From contig CACZXN010000002.1 in the NCBI GenBank assembly GCA_902785075.1, positions 22,991 to 86,990 on the forward strand: DNA of 64,000 nucleotides, in the 5' to 3' direction. Of this stretch, positions 28,613-37,235 are shown one piece after another (position 1 is the stretch's first letter; each line of letters begins with the position of its first letter). A model generated the notes under the pieces. It was not told where the DNA came from, made no database searches, and saw only the letters and a list, made by a program, of their open reading frames with translations. The position numbers and the translations under genes are program-made. Source of the stretch: an uncultured Bacteroidales bacterium. GTDB taxonomy: Bacteria > Bacteroidota > Bacteroidia > Bacteroidales > Bacteroidaceae.

Positions 28613-29728
28613 TTATCGAGGAACAGGAATTCCGATTGTCTCAAGGGCTTCTTTAAATACCACAAAGAAGTCTTTGATGTCTTGTGGATATATTTTTCCT
28701 AAGGCGCAGAGTCGGAAGGTATTGGTGGTACTTATCTTACCTGGGTAGATTGTGAATCCTCGCTCGTAACAGTAATCGTGCACCTTTTCAAAACTCCAGT
28801 TTGGATTATCTGGGTATTTTACAGATACCACTAATCCTGACTCGATATTACGATCGATGGCTGTATCCAGTCCCAGTTTGTCCAATCCTTCGTGGATAGC
28901 TTCGTACACAGCTCTATGGCGAGCAAACTTAGCTTCTTCACCTTCTTCGAAGTATTCCTTCAATGCCTGAATCGTAGCATAGATGGTCTGTACAGGAGGA
29001 GTGAAGTGCATTTCACCCGTCTTCTCGAAGTACTCATACTGTAGATAGAGATTGCAATAGTATGATCGAGTGGGATAGTTTTTGCTTGCCTTGATTATAT
29101 CTGTCTTACCAATGATAAAGCTTAATCCCGACATTGCCATTAGACCCTTCTGAGCGGAAGCCATACAGAAATCTACATTATCTTTCACCACATCGAGAGG
29201 AATCATACCCAAAGAGGCAGTTGTATCTGTGATGAAGATGGCTCCATGCTTGTGAGCCAGGTCTCCAATCTCACGAATAGGATTCAGGATGCCTGTACCC
29301 GTTTCGTGATGGCAGCAATACACAACTGCAACATCTGGGTTTTCCTTCAGTGTTTGCTCCACCTTGCTCAAATCGGGTTGTTCATAAACAGAGAACTTGA
29401 GATCGATATGAGGGATGTGGTACATCTGACAAACCTCAACAGCACGAGTATTGTAGGCTCCATTATTGACCACCAGTATTTTCTTTCCTTCAGGTACGAG
29501 AGAGTTGATGCAGACATCAATATTGATTGTACCCGAACCACAGAATAGTACAGAAGTATATTGGTCTGCTGGAGCATGAACTACTTTTAGCAGGTCTGCA
29601 CGCAGACCTTTCATCAGTCCTGCAAACTCTTTCTCACGAGGACAAATATCTGGTACTACTTGCGCCATTTTCACCGTATCTGTTGTGGTGGCGGGACCTG
29701 GATTCAGTAAAACGTTTCGTTTGATCAT
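28613..29728 (-). CDS. phnW: 2-aminoethylphosphonate:pyruvate aminotransferase (class V)
   Basis: LLNPGPATTT N-terminus. PLP-Lys context ASAQKGLMAMSG. 371 aa. It is the only class-V aminotransferase in a window that also encodes aepX/aepY. Confidence 0.75.
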   Translation of the reverse strand: MIKRNVLLNPGPATTTDTVKMAQVVPDICPREKEFAGLMKGLRADLLKVVHAPADQYTSVLFCGSGTINIDVCINSLVPEGKKILVVNNGAYNTRAVEVCQMYHIPHIDLKFSVYEQPDLSKVEQTLKENPDVAVVYCCHHETGTGILNPIREIGDLAHKHGAIFITDTTASLGMIPLDVVKDNVDFCMASAQKGLMAMSGLSFIIGKTDIIKASKNYPTRSYYCNLYLQYEYFEKTGEMHFTPPVQTIYATIQALKEYFEEGEEAKFARHRAVYEAIHEGLDKLGLDTAIDRNIESGLVVSVKYPDNPNWSFEKVHDYCYERGFTIYPGKISTTNTFRLCALGKIYPQDIKDFFVVFKEALETIGIPVPR

Positions 29729-29785
29729 TGCAATTATTTCGTTATTACGTTATATCGGTATTACGTTATTTTATGATGACAGTCA

Positions 29786-31174
29786 TTAATAAAGCCCGAA
29801 TGCTCCAAGGAGGAGGATGGCCATGATGACAGGCACAACATACTTCAACATGATGACATACATGGTTTTGCGATAGAAGCTATAACCATTGAGACGCATC
29901 TCACCCACAAGCAACTTAGGCGTTACAACCCATCCAATTAGGAGACAAGTACAGATTGACAGGAACGGCATCAGGACATTGTTGCTGACATAGTCGAAGA
30001 TATCCAGAATCTGACCTACTGCACCATTGGGCAAGGTATACTCGAAGTAGAGGTCGTTGTAGCCTCGGCATACGAGGAATGAGAACAAGGCTCCCAGAGC
30101 TGCGAGAATGCAGACAGAACGTCTGCGCGACCAGTGAAAACGGTCTATCACGCTTGTTACACAGGCTTCCAAGATAGATACTGCGCTAGTAAGAGCTGCA
30201 AAGAGTACCATCAAGAAGAATAGTATACCCAAAATGGGACCAAAGAATCCTAGGGAGTCAAACACCTTTGGAAGGGCAACAAACATCAGGCCAGGACCTG
30301 CGGACATACCTTCTGTGCCCATAAATACGTAGACACTTGGGATTATCATCAATCCGGCAAGAACAGCAATCAAGGTGTCACATACCTCTATATTATCAAC
30401 CGCCTTTCCTAAGTTTACATCTTTCTTCATATAGGATCCGTATGCCACCATGATGCCCATCGCAATTGAGAGCGAGTAGAACAACTGGCCTGCTGCATCC
30501 ATCGTAATCATCAGGAATCGCTTCAGGGTGATTCCCTCAAAGTTGGGGATTAAGTAGATTGCAGCTCCTTGTAAGCCTGTACGTGTGGTTCCATCTTCAT
30601 CCGTATGTGAGATGAAGAGTGAATAGATACTGATGAAAACGATAATAACTAGGAGTGCAGGCATGAGGATGCGCGAGTACTTCTCGATACCTTTCTCAAC
30701 ACCTCTATATACAATATGGAAACAGAGGGCTGCGAATACCAGCATAAAGAGCACAGGAGTCCACTCTGAAGTGATAAATTGGGTGAAAAAGCCATCCTGT
30801 ACGGCATCTTCTCCTTGCAAGGTTGCATAAGTACAAAGATATTTCAACACCCAACCACCTATTACGCAGTAGTAGGGATAGATGATGCAAGGCACGATGA
30901 ACGACAAGTGACCAATAAAGCCCCATTTCTTGTTGAAGAACTTGTAAGCCGTAAGTGGTCCTTGCTGCGAACGTCTGCCAATTGCAATCTCAGTAATCAG
31001 CAAAGTGAAGCCAAACGTAAGCGCCAGCACTACATAAATCAAGAGGAACAATCCGCCGCCATCGCGTGCTGCCAGATAAGGAAAACGCCAGATATTACCC
31101 AGTCCTACGGCACTTCCTGCTGCTGCAAGTACAAACCCCAAAGAACTGCTGAATGAATTACGATTATCTGCCAT
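29786..31174 (-). CDS. sodium-dependent transporter, SNF (neurotransmitter:sodium symporter) family
   Basis: GLGNIWRFPYLA signature. About 11-12 TM, 462 aa. Confidence 0.85.
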   Translation of the reverse strand: MADNRNSFSSSLGFVLAAAGSAVGLGNIWRFPYLAARDGGGLFLLIYVVLALTFGFTLLITEIAIGRRSQQGPLTAYKFFNKKWGFIGHLSFIVPCIIYPYYCVIGGWVLKYLCTYATLQGEDAVQDGFFTQFITSEWTPVLFMLVFAALCFHIVYRGVEKGIEKYSRILMPALLVIIVFISIYSLFISHTDEDGTTRTGLQGAAIYLIPNFEGITLKRFLMITMDAAGQLFYSLSIAMGIMVAYGSYMKKDVNLGKAVDNIEVCDTLIAVLAGLMIIPSVYVFMGTEGMSAGPGLMFVALPKVFDSLGFFGPILGILFFLMVLFAALTSAVSILEACVTSVIDRFHWSRRRSVCILAALGALFSFLVCRGYNDLYFEYTLPNGAVGQILDIFDYVSNNVLMPFLSICTCLLIGWVVTPKLLVGEMRLNGYSFYRKTMYVIMLKYVVPVIMAILLLGAFGLY

Positions 31175-31242
31175 TATTTGTTATTATCTGCTATTTGAGT
31201 TGCAAAGATACAAAAAATAATTCAATTGTAAACTTTTTCTTT

Positions 31243-31280
31243 GAAAAAACAGCAGGTAGCTATATGCCACCTGCCGTTTT
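31243..31280 (-). terminator. hairpin plus T-run downstream of lipoprotein paralogue A
   Basis: GCAGGT (31252-31257) pairs with ACCTGC (31269-31274). On the minus strand it is followed by TTTTTT (complement of 31244-31249). Confidence 0.45.
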
Positions 31281-31309
31281 CTTTATTTAATAATAAGGTA
31301 TTATATACG

Positions 31310-32160
31310 TTACTTCGTATAAATTTCGTTGAAATTAGCTGGGCTCTTACCGTTGTTAACCTGGACTTTTGTCCATTCATTTGATGGAGAAACGATACAA
31401 TCCCATGCGTTCTTGTCTCCAACAAACTCCTTAAATGTACCATCATCATTTGCTACCCAATATTGGCTTGCAAGCAGATTGTCAGTTGGAGTTTCGCTGA
31501 TAACTCTACCTTCAGCATTGGTAGTAACATCCAACAAGTAAGGTTTGTTGTCCTTCATATAAACATGAAGGTCTAACTTCTGATAGTCATACAGCATTGC
31601 AAATGCATTTACATAATACTCTGGATGCTCTTCTGAAGTAAATGTTACTGTAGATTCATCAAACATCGGTTTGAGGTCTTCACGAGTGACAGGAATAGTT
31701 TCGGTTGGGTTTTCTTTATTAACGATTTCGCTATTGAAGTAGTTCCATACCTCGAAGGTAATACCATCCTGATATGTGTACTGCAGATAGTCGAGAGCGG
31801 CTTGAGAAATACCCTCAGTAGTTACACGGATACCACCATCTTCATACTGTACCTTTACCTTTATTTCTTCGTTGGCTGTCTTGGTTTCACCATCCTTTTT
31901 ATATTCACCTGTTACAGTATAAATATAGGTGAAGCTACCACCTTCGTATGTTGCGTCCTTTCCAGGATTAGAATACTGATAATTTGGATCCAATTGGTGG
32001 CTATATACAATTGCCATATCGTCAACATCGCAATAGTAATCCTTTGCTACAGGGATGTATACCTCAACATCAGTCAATGCGCGTACATGGATAGACAACT
32101 TAGTTGCGATATAGTCATCCACTTCCTTCTCATCATTAACTGAGAAATTAATCTCTACTT
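31310..32160. repeat. high-identity duplicated block (C-terminal domain of paralogue A), partner 33747-34600
   Basis: Roughly 90% nucleotide identity by eye at a constant offset of 2440 bp. There are perfect runs of about 50 nt, e.g. 31580-31630 = 34020-34070. Confidence 0.85.
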
Positions 32161-33460
32161 CGTCTGCAGGAACAATGTCTGTGATATGCTCTTCAATTTC
32201 TTCACCACCACCACCATTATCACCTTCTGCTGGGATCAGCTTAATTACCCAGTCATTGAATACCTTGTCGCCTGGTAAGTATTCGCCAGAGTTCTTCTTT
32301 GTTTGGTAATCATAACAGAGATACAGGTTCTTCTCACCATTGAATTCAATCACATAGAATCTGTAAGCATCATGCTTTGTATTTTCTGTATCACCCCATG
32401 AATCATGATAGGTAGGATCTTCTACAGGAACATTGATGAGAAGTGCACGTGGGCCACCCACTGCGTTATAGTCGTTACGATGTTTTGAGAAGGCTACAAA
32501 ATCCATCTGCTGACTACCTACTACGTCATGTGATGCACCATTGTGGTCTTTCAAAGTTGGGAATTGCGAGCATTTATATTCAAAGAAGCTACCACCCACA
32601 TTCTGGATGAAATAAGTAGTTAGGTTACAAGTCAAGCCACCCTCGTCTGGATGCGCTGCAAGGTATGCCATTACATAGTCGTACTCAGCCTGAGAAACAT
32701 TTTCACCACGATCAGTCTTTGCTGGAGCCTTGTCAACATATTTTGCATATTCAGCAGGCATGTGCTCCTTTGTAGTGTTTTCCCAGTCTTGTACCTTGTA
32801 GTAGTTGCTATTTACAACAACGTCTGTGCCAGAACCACCTTGACCCGCAGTTGCTGGAGTAACCTTGAACACCCAATCATTGTAAACATTATCATCATCT
32901 CCATCCAAACCAAGATAAATGCTGCCACTTATATCAAACAATTTGTACTTGTTGGAAACAGTTGCACCATTCTTATCAAATGTTACATTTGTTAGTGGAG
33001 TATTGATAAACACGACATCATTCCAATAATATTGGTTTGAACTACTAACTAAAAGTCCATTTATAGTGAAATTTGTTAATCCTACAGGATTGCCTCCCAC
33101 CCACTGAACATAAAAATCTGTTACATCAGTAGTTGTCTCTGTAGCAGATGTTATAGCTGATAAAGCAGCCTGCTTTTCTGAATCTGACAAGTCATTAGGA
33201 AAATTATAACCTTCTGGAGCATTCCATGAATAACAAACTGCTGCTGCACCTTCTCCTCTTGTTTCAGCTTTAGTAGTTAATGTACTAGCAAGTACATTTC
33301 CGTCAGAGTAGACAACGAAATCAGGTGTCTTTACGATTTGCATAGTAAAACCTTGTCGTCTGTAGAAATCTTCAAGAGTGTCGTCGCTTTTACATGCGAA
33401 GAACACATTAGCACAAAGAGTAGCAATAGCTAAACTCCACAATACATAGATTTTCTTCAT
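31310..33460 (-). CDS. surface lipoprotein paralogue A (unknown family), 716 aa
   Basis: The ATG at 33460 gives MKKIYVLWSLAIATLCANVFFAC, a lipobox. The N-module and the C-terminal roughly 280 aa are shared with 33747..35606. The ORF-track start at 33541 lies in the 5' leader. Confidence 0.8.
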   Translation of the reverse strand: MKKIYVLWSLAIATLCANVFFACKSDDTLEDFYRRQGFTMQIVKTPDFVVYSDGNVLASTLTTKAETRGEGAAAVCYSWNAPEGYNFPNDLSDSEKQAALSAITSATETTTDVTDFYVQWVGGNPVGLTNFTINGLLVSSSNQYYWNDVVFINTPLTNVTFDKNGATVSNKYKLFDISGSIYLGLDGDDDNVYNDWVFKVTPATAGQGGSGTDVVVNSNYYKVQDWENTTKEHMPAEYAKYVDKAPAKTDRGENVSQAEYDYVMAYLAAHPDEGGLTCNLTTYFIQNVGGSFFEYKCSQFPTLKDHNGASHDVVGSQQMDFVAFSKHRNDYNAVGGPRALLINVPVEDPTYHDSWGDTENTKHDAYRFYVIEFNGEKNLYLCYDYQTKKNSGEYLPGDKVFNDWVIKLIPAEGDNGGGGEEIEEHITDIVPADEVEINFSVNDEKEVDDYIATKLSIHVRALTDVEVYIPVAKDYYCDVDDMAIVYSHQLDPNYQYSNPGKDATYEGGSFTYIYTVTGEYKKDGETKTANEEIKVKVQYEDGGIRVTTEGISQAALDYLQYTYQDGITFEVWNYFNSEIVNKENPTETIPVTREDLKPMFDESTVTFTSEEHPEYYVNAFAMLYDYQKLDLHVYMKDNKPYLLDVTTNAEGRVISETPTDNLLASQYWVANDDGTFKEFVGDKNAWDCIVSPSNEWTKVQVNNGKSPANFNEIYTK

Positions 33461-33606
33461 AATAATTGATTTGTATAAGAAAAAATAATTTGATTGATAT
33501 TCGTCATTTTTCGTTTTAGTGATTCTGCACTTCAATCTCACAAGTTGTTCATCAGATTCAACCGATTACATCAGCACTTTCAATCTTCTGCCTTTCAATT
33601 GGTTTG

Positions 33607-33614
33607 CAAAGTTA
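33607..33614 (-). promoter_or_regulatory. -7 box for paralogue A (TAACTTTG on minus strand)
   Basis: CAAAGTTA on the plus strand, about 150 nt upstream of the start at 33460. The context is conserved with the paralogue B promoter. Confidence 0.5.
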
Positions 33615-33678
33615 CAACTTTTTTGGTTACCCAAACATAATTATTCTTTTTTTTTGCATTTCAGAGTCAAAATATATA

Positions 33679-33712
33679 CAAAAAATGGCAGATTGCTAAT
33701 ACCATCTGCCAT
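33679..33712 (-). terminator. intrinsic terminator of paralogue B
   Basis: ATGGCAGAT (33685-33693) pairs with ATCTGCCAT (33704-33712). On the minus strand it is followed by TTTTT. Confidence 0.65.
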
Positions 33713-33746
33713 CTTTATATATAAATAAGGTAAAACCTTACTTACG

Positions 33747-35606
33747 TTACTTCTTGTAGATTACATTGAAGTCTGCTGGAGTAGTACCAGTGTGAGTTGT
33801 TTCAACTGTGTAAGCAGCAGGAGGAGTAACTGTGCAATCCCAAGCATTCTTATCACCTACGAATTTCTTGAATGTACCATCATCATTAGCTTCCCAGTAC
33901 TTCGTATCGAGCAGATTACTTGTTTTAGTTTCAGAGATGATATTACGATTAGCATCACGAACAACATCCAACAGATAAGGTTTATTATCATCACCCATGT
34001 AAACATCGAGATCAACCTTCTGATAGTCATACAGCATTGCAAATGCATTTACATAATACTCTGGATGCTCTGTTGAGGTAAATTTGACTGTAGATCCATC
34101 AAACATCGGTTTGAGGTCGTCACGAGTTACAGGAATTGTTTCGGTTGGGCTATCTTCCTTAACGATTGCGCTATTGAAGTAGTTCCATACCTCGAAGGTA
34201 ATACCATCTTGGTACTTGTAATTCAGATAGTCAAGAGCTGCTTGAGAAATACCCTCGGTAGTTACACGGATGCCACCTTCTTTATACTCTACCTTTACCT
34301 TTATTTCTTTGTTGACTGTCTTGGTTTCACCATCCTTTTTATATTCACCTTTTACAGTATAAATATAGGTGAAGCTACCACCTTTGTATGTTTCGGTCTT
34401 TCCAGGATTAGAATACTGGTAGTTTGGATCCAATCTGTGGCTATATACAATTGCCATATCGTCAACATCGCAATAGTAATCCTTTGCTACTGGGATGAAT
34501 ACCTCAACATCAGTCAGAGCACGAATGTGGATTGACAGTTTAGTTGCGATGTAATCGTCCTTCTCCTTCTTGTCGTTTACTGAGAGGTTGATCTCAACTT
34601 CGTCAGTAACAACCGAAGTAGTATTTTCTCCACCTTCATTTTCTCCTTCGTTTCCTCCTTCTTCATTTTCATTGTCGTCATCAGGAACAGTAATATCTGT
34701 ACCATCAGCATGAGTGATCTTGATTACCCAGTCATCATAAACACCATCACCAGGATATACGAATGGGTTACCAAAATCATCAGTCTTTGACATACGATAG
34801 TCGAAGCAGAGATAACAACTCATCTTGCCTTCATACTCAATATAGTAGTACGTAAATGCATCATGATTCCAATTTGCTAAATCGCCGTACATTGCCTTAT
34901 AACTAGGTTTAGTCAAAGGAATTTTGTCATAGAAGCATAACAGACGATGTCCCTGGTGTGAAGTATAAGGATGAGATTCGCCAGCAATATGAATATTATC
35001 AAAATACAGGTAATTCATCACATTTCCACCAATATAGGTCTCTGTGCGATATCCCGTATGATTCCAATTCGGAATTTGGAAATCATACTTAGTGTCACTT
35101 GAACCTACATTTTGTACGAAGTAATCCTTCTCAACGGTACATTTATCCTTTGCTTCCTCAGGATGTTCTTTAATATACTTCATCACATAAGCATATTCAG
35201 CTCCAGAAACCCCCTCTACACCACTTTTACCATCATTAGATTTCAAAGGTGCATTAGCAGCATATGGAGCATAAACGTCTGGTATTTCTTTATAACCTGT
35301 AGTATGCCAAATTCCATTAATCGATCCTCTATAATCATAAGCCTCAACTAAAAAGTAATCTACACCTTCCACAGGTTCAACAATATCACCTTCACCACGA
35401 GTTTCAGCACGAGTAGTAGTAGATAATGTGCTAGCAAGTACATTTCCGTCAGAGTACACAACGAAATCAGGTGTCTTTACGAGTTGCATCGTAAAACCCT
35501 GCCGTCTGTAGAAATCTTCGAGTGTGTCGTCGCTCTTACATGCGAAGAACACATTTGCAAAAAAAGTAGCAATAGCTAAACTCCATAAAACATAGATTTT
35601 CTTCAT
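33747..35606 (-). CDS. surface lipoprotein paralogue B (unknown family), 619 aa
   Basis: MKKIYVLWSLAIATFFANVFFAC lipobox. Shares the N-module and C-terminal domain with A. Acidic linker DDDNENEEGGNEGENEGGEN precedes the conserved domain. Confidence 0.85.
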   Translation of the reverse strand: MKKIYVLWSLAIATFFANVFFACKSDDTLEDFYRRQGFTMQLVKTPDFVVYSDGNVLASTLSTTTRAETRGEGDIVEPVEGVDYFLVEAYDYRGSINGIWHTTGYKEIPDVYAPYAANAPLKSNDGKSGVEGVSGAEYAYVMKYIKEHPEEAKDKCTVEKDYFVQNVGSSDTKYDFQIPNWNHTGYRTETYIGGNVMNYLYFDNIHIAGESHPYTSHQGHRLLCFYDKIPLTKPSYKAMYGDLANWNHDAFTYYYIEYEGKMSCYLCFDYRMSKTDDFGNPFVYPGDGVYDDWVIKITHADGTDITVPDDDNENEEGGNEGENEGGENTTSVVTDEVEINLSVNDKKEKDDYIATKLSIHIRALTDVEVFIPVAKDYYCDVDDMAIVYSHRLDPNYQYSNPGKTETYKGGSFTYIYTVKGEYKKDGETKTVNKEIKVKVEYKEGGIRVTTEGISQAALDYLNYKYQDGITFEVWNYFNSAIVKEDSPTETIPVTRDDLKPMFDGSTVKFTSTEHPEYYVNAFAMLYDYQKVDLDVYMGDDNKPYLLDVVRDANRNIISETKTSNLLDTKYWEANDDGTFKKFVGDKNAWDCTVTPPAAYTVETTHTGTTPADFNVIYKK

Positions 35607-35776
35607 AAATTCAAAATGATATAAAAGTTAATAATTAGTGTTTTTTTTGATTCTTCAAATTTTGTTTTTAATGGTTCAGCACTTCATTCCTAACAAGTAG
35701 TTCATCAAGTTCATCAAACTCACAGATTCAATCGATGACACCAGCACTTTCAATCTTCTGTCTTTCTATTAGGTTG

Positions 35777-35784
35777 CAAAGGTA
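35777..35784 (-). promoter_or_regulatory. -7 box for paralogue B (TACCTTTG on minus strand)
   Basis: CAAAGGTA on the plus strand, about 170 nt upstream of the start at 35606. Confidence 0.5.
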
Positions 35785-35901
35785 ACACCTTATTATATTA
35801 TAACCAAATGTTTTTGAACAAATTTATAGAAAAAATGTAAAATTGGCATATATCACCACGAATTTTGTCACCTTTTGAAACAAAAGGTCAAATTGTGTCA
35901 C

Positions 35902-37044
35902 TTATTCTCTATCGATATAGTAGATGTTGTAGTTATCGGGCAATTGATAGTATTTCGTCTCAACATCATAAGGAACGTCAGCATTGTTCTCGTGTACTAA
36001 TGGATATTGTTCGCCACTAAATTTGACGGTACAATCCCATTCGTTCTTATGTCTGAGCAGGAGATAATCTTTCGAAGGTGACCCATCGCTACGTGCTGGT
36101 CGTACCCAATACTTAGAATCGAGCAATTCGGTACATTCTTTATCTTTATAAGGTATTTGCATTCCTGTTTCTGAATCCACCTTGCTATACACGGTTTCCT
36201 GGCAATTGTTGACTCTTTTGAATTCATTCACATAGATATAGGGCCGCTCAGAGAAATCGATGGTAGCTCCACGATTGAAATTATCGCGCAAAGCATCGCG
36301 TGTTATCGTTGGCATGAAATAATTCCATATATCAATCTGAATACCCTCATTGAAGGCACGCTTCAGATAAGCAATCACATTATCGGTCACACCCGTGATG
36401 GTAACCTCAACACCTTCTGTTCCATTTTCAATACGCCCATAACCTACTTTTGCAACAACCGTGTCACTGCTAACAAGACAAGTCATCGATGCTTCACCAT
36501 AGATAGTTTTCAGTTTTGAGATGTGATTTGATGGTTGAATCGATGAGACGTAAGACTTAGCCATCATGTCCAAAGCATGTCGATTGTTATATGTGAAATA
36601 CTGAGCACTTAGCGGCAGAAATACAGCTACATCAGTAGGTGTACGGAAATAGAGAGACAGCAGAACAGCTCTGAAATCCGTTTCGTCCCAAGTTCGCAGG
36701 GCTTCGAACATATCGTTATCAGCAGCCACATAGAGCCTGGCAGAAACTTGATCCGTCACTTCCATTCGCTCACCATTAGAAAGAGTGATATGCTCTTTTT
36801 CAGCACGAGTTTCGAGAGTGTTTGTTGTGCTCGAAAGTACAAAGTCTGAACATTTGAATACAAAATCAGGAATGGCTACAACCCTCATTTTCTGATTGAT
36901 ATAGGCATCAGAATCATCTGTGTCATCACAAGCCAACAAACTGCCCGTCAACGCAACAACTGCAATAACGGCTATCGTATTTTGAAGAAGTGTCTTTGCA
37001 TATCGCAACATCACTTTTGAGGATTTTAACAAATTCGCTTTCAT
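35902..37044 (-). CDS. surface lipoprotein paralogue C (divergent, core-only), 380 aa
   Basis: Lipobox ...ALTGSLLAC. Shares the blocks IPDFV...ETR, IWNYF and NEWDCTV with A and B. Alternative start at 37011. Confidence 0.75.
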   Translation of the reverse strand: MKANLLKSSKVMLRYAKTLLQNTIAVIAVVALTGSLLACDDTDDSDAYINQKMRVVAIPDFVFKCSDFVLSSTTNTLETRAEKEHITLSNGERMEVTDQVSARLYVAADNDMFEALRTWDETDFRAVLLSLYFRTPTDVAVFLPLSAQYFTYNNRHALDMMAKSYVSSIQPSNHISKLKTIYGEASMTCLVSSDTVVAKVGYGRIENGTEGVEVTITGVTDNVIAYLKRAFNEGIQIDIWNYFMPTITRDALRDNFNRGATIDFSERPYIYVNEFKRVNNCQETVYSKVDSETGMQIPYKDKECTELLDSKYWVRPARSDGSPSKDYLLLRHKNEWDCTVKFSGEQYPLVHENNADVPYDVETKYYQLPDNYNIYYIDRE

Positions 37045-37089
37045 AATTGCAACTCTTATTTAAAGAAGAGATGTAAGTTAATTATGATG

Positions 37090-37211
37090 CAAAGATACAA
37101 TAATTTTTCCAAATAAATGAATATTTACGGCAGAAAACTACTGAAACGCAGCGAAATAGGTGTGTTTTTTGAGAGAATGCATTGAAAGTTAGGAATTATT
37201 TGTTATCTTTG
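37090..37211. promoter_or_regulatory. divergent promoter region (CAAAGATA for paralogue C; TATCTTTG for the Cys-rich gene)
   Basis: Reverse-complement TAnnTTTG box at 37090-37097. Forward box at 37204-37211, 25 nt upstream of the ATG at 37236. Confidence 0.5.
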
Positions 37212-37235
37212 CAGAAGAAATCAAACAATCTATCT

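Noticed and set aside
31222-31449. 75-aa minus-strand ORF overlapping the 3' end of paralogue A and its terminator
   Set aside because: It is out of frame with the supported gene and spans the terminator hairpin, so it is most likely spurious.
33461-33541. N-terminal extensions suggested by the ORF track. Starts affected: 33541, 14784, 17221, 20071, 37182, 38017, 55416, 56787, 57839
   Set aside because: In each case the extension uses an alternative or earlier start that overlaps a TAnnTTTG promoter box or the upstream gene. A downstream ATG gives a canonical signal peptide or the conserved N-terminus instead.
33542-35901. Invertible promoter (inverton) controlling the lipoprotein paralogues
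   Set aside because: No inverted repeat pair flanking the -7 boxes was found in either leader. No site-specific recombinase gene is present in the window.
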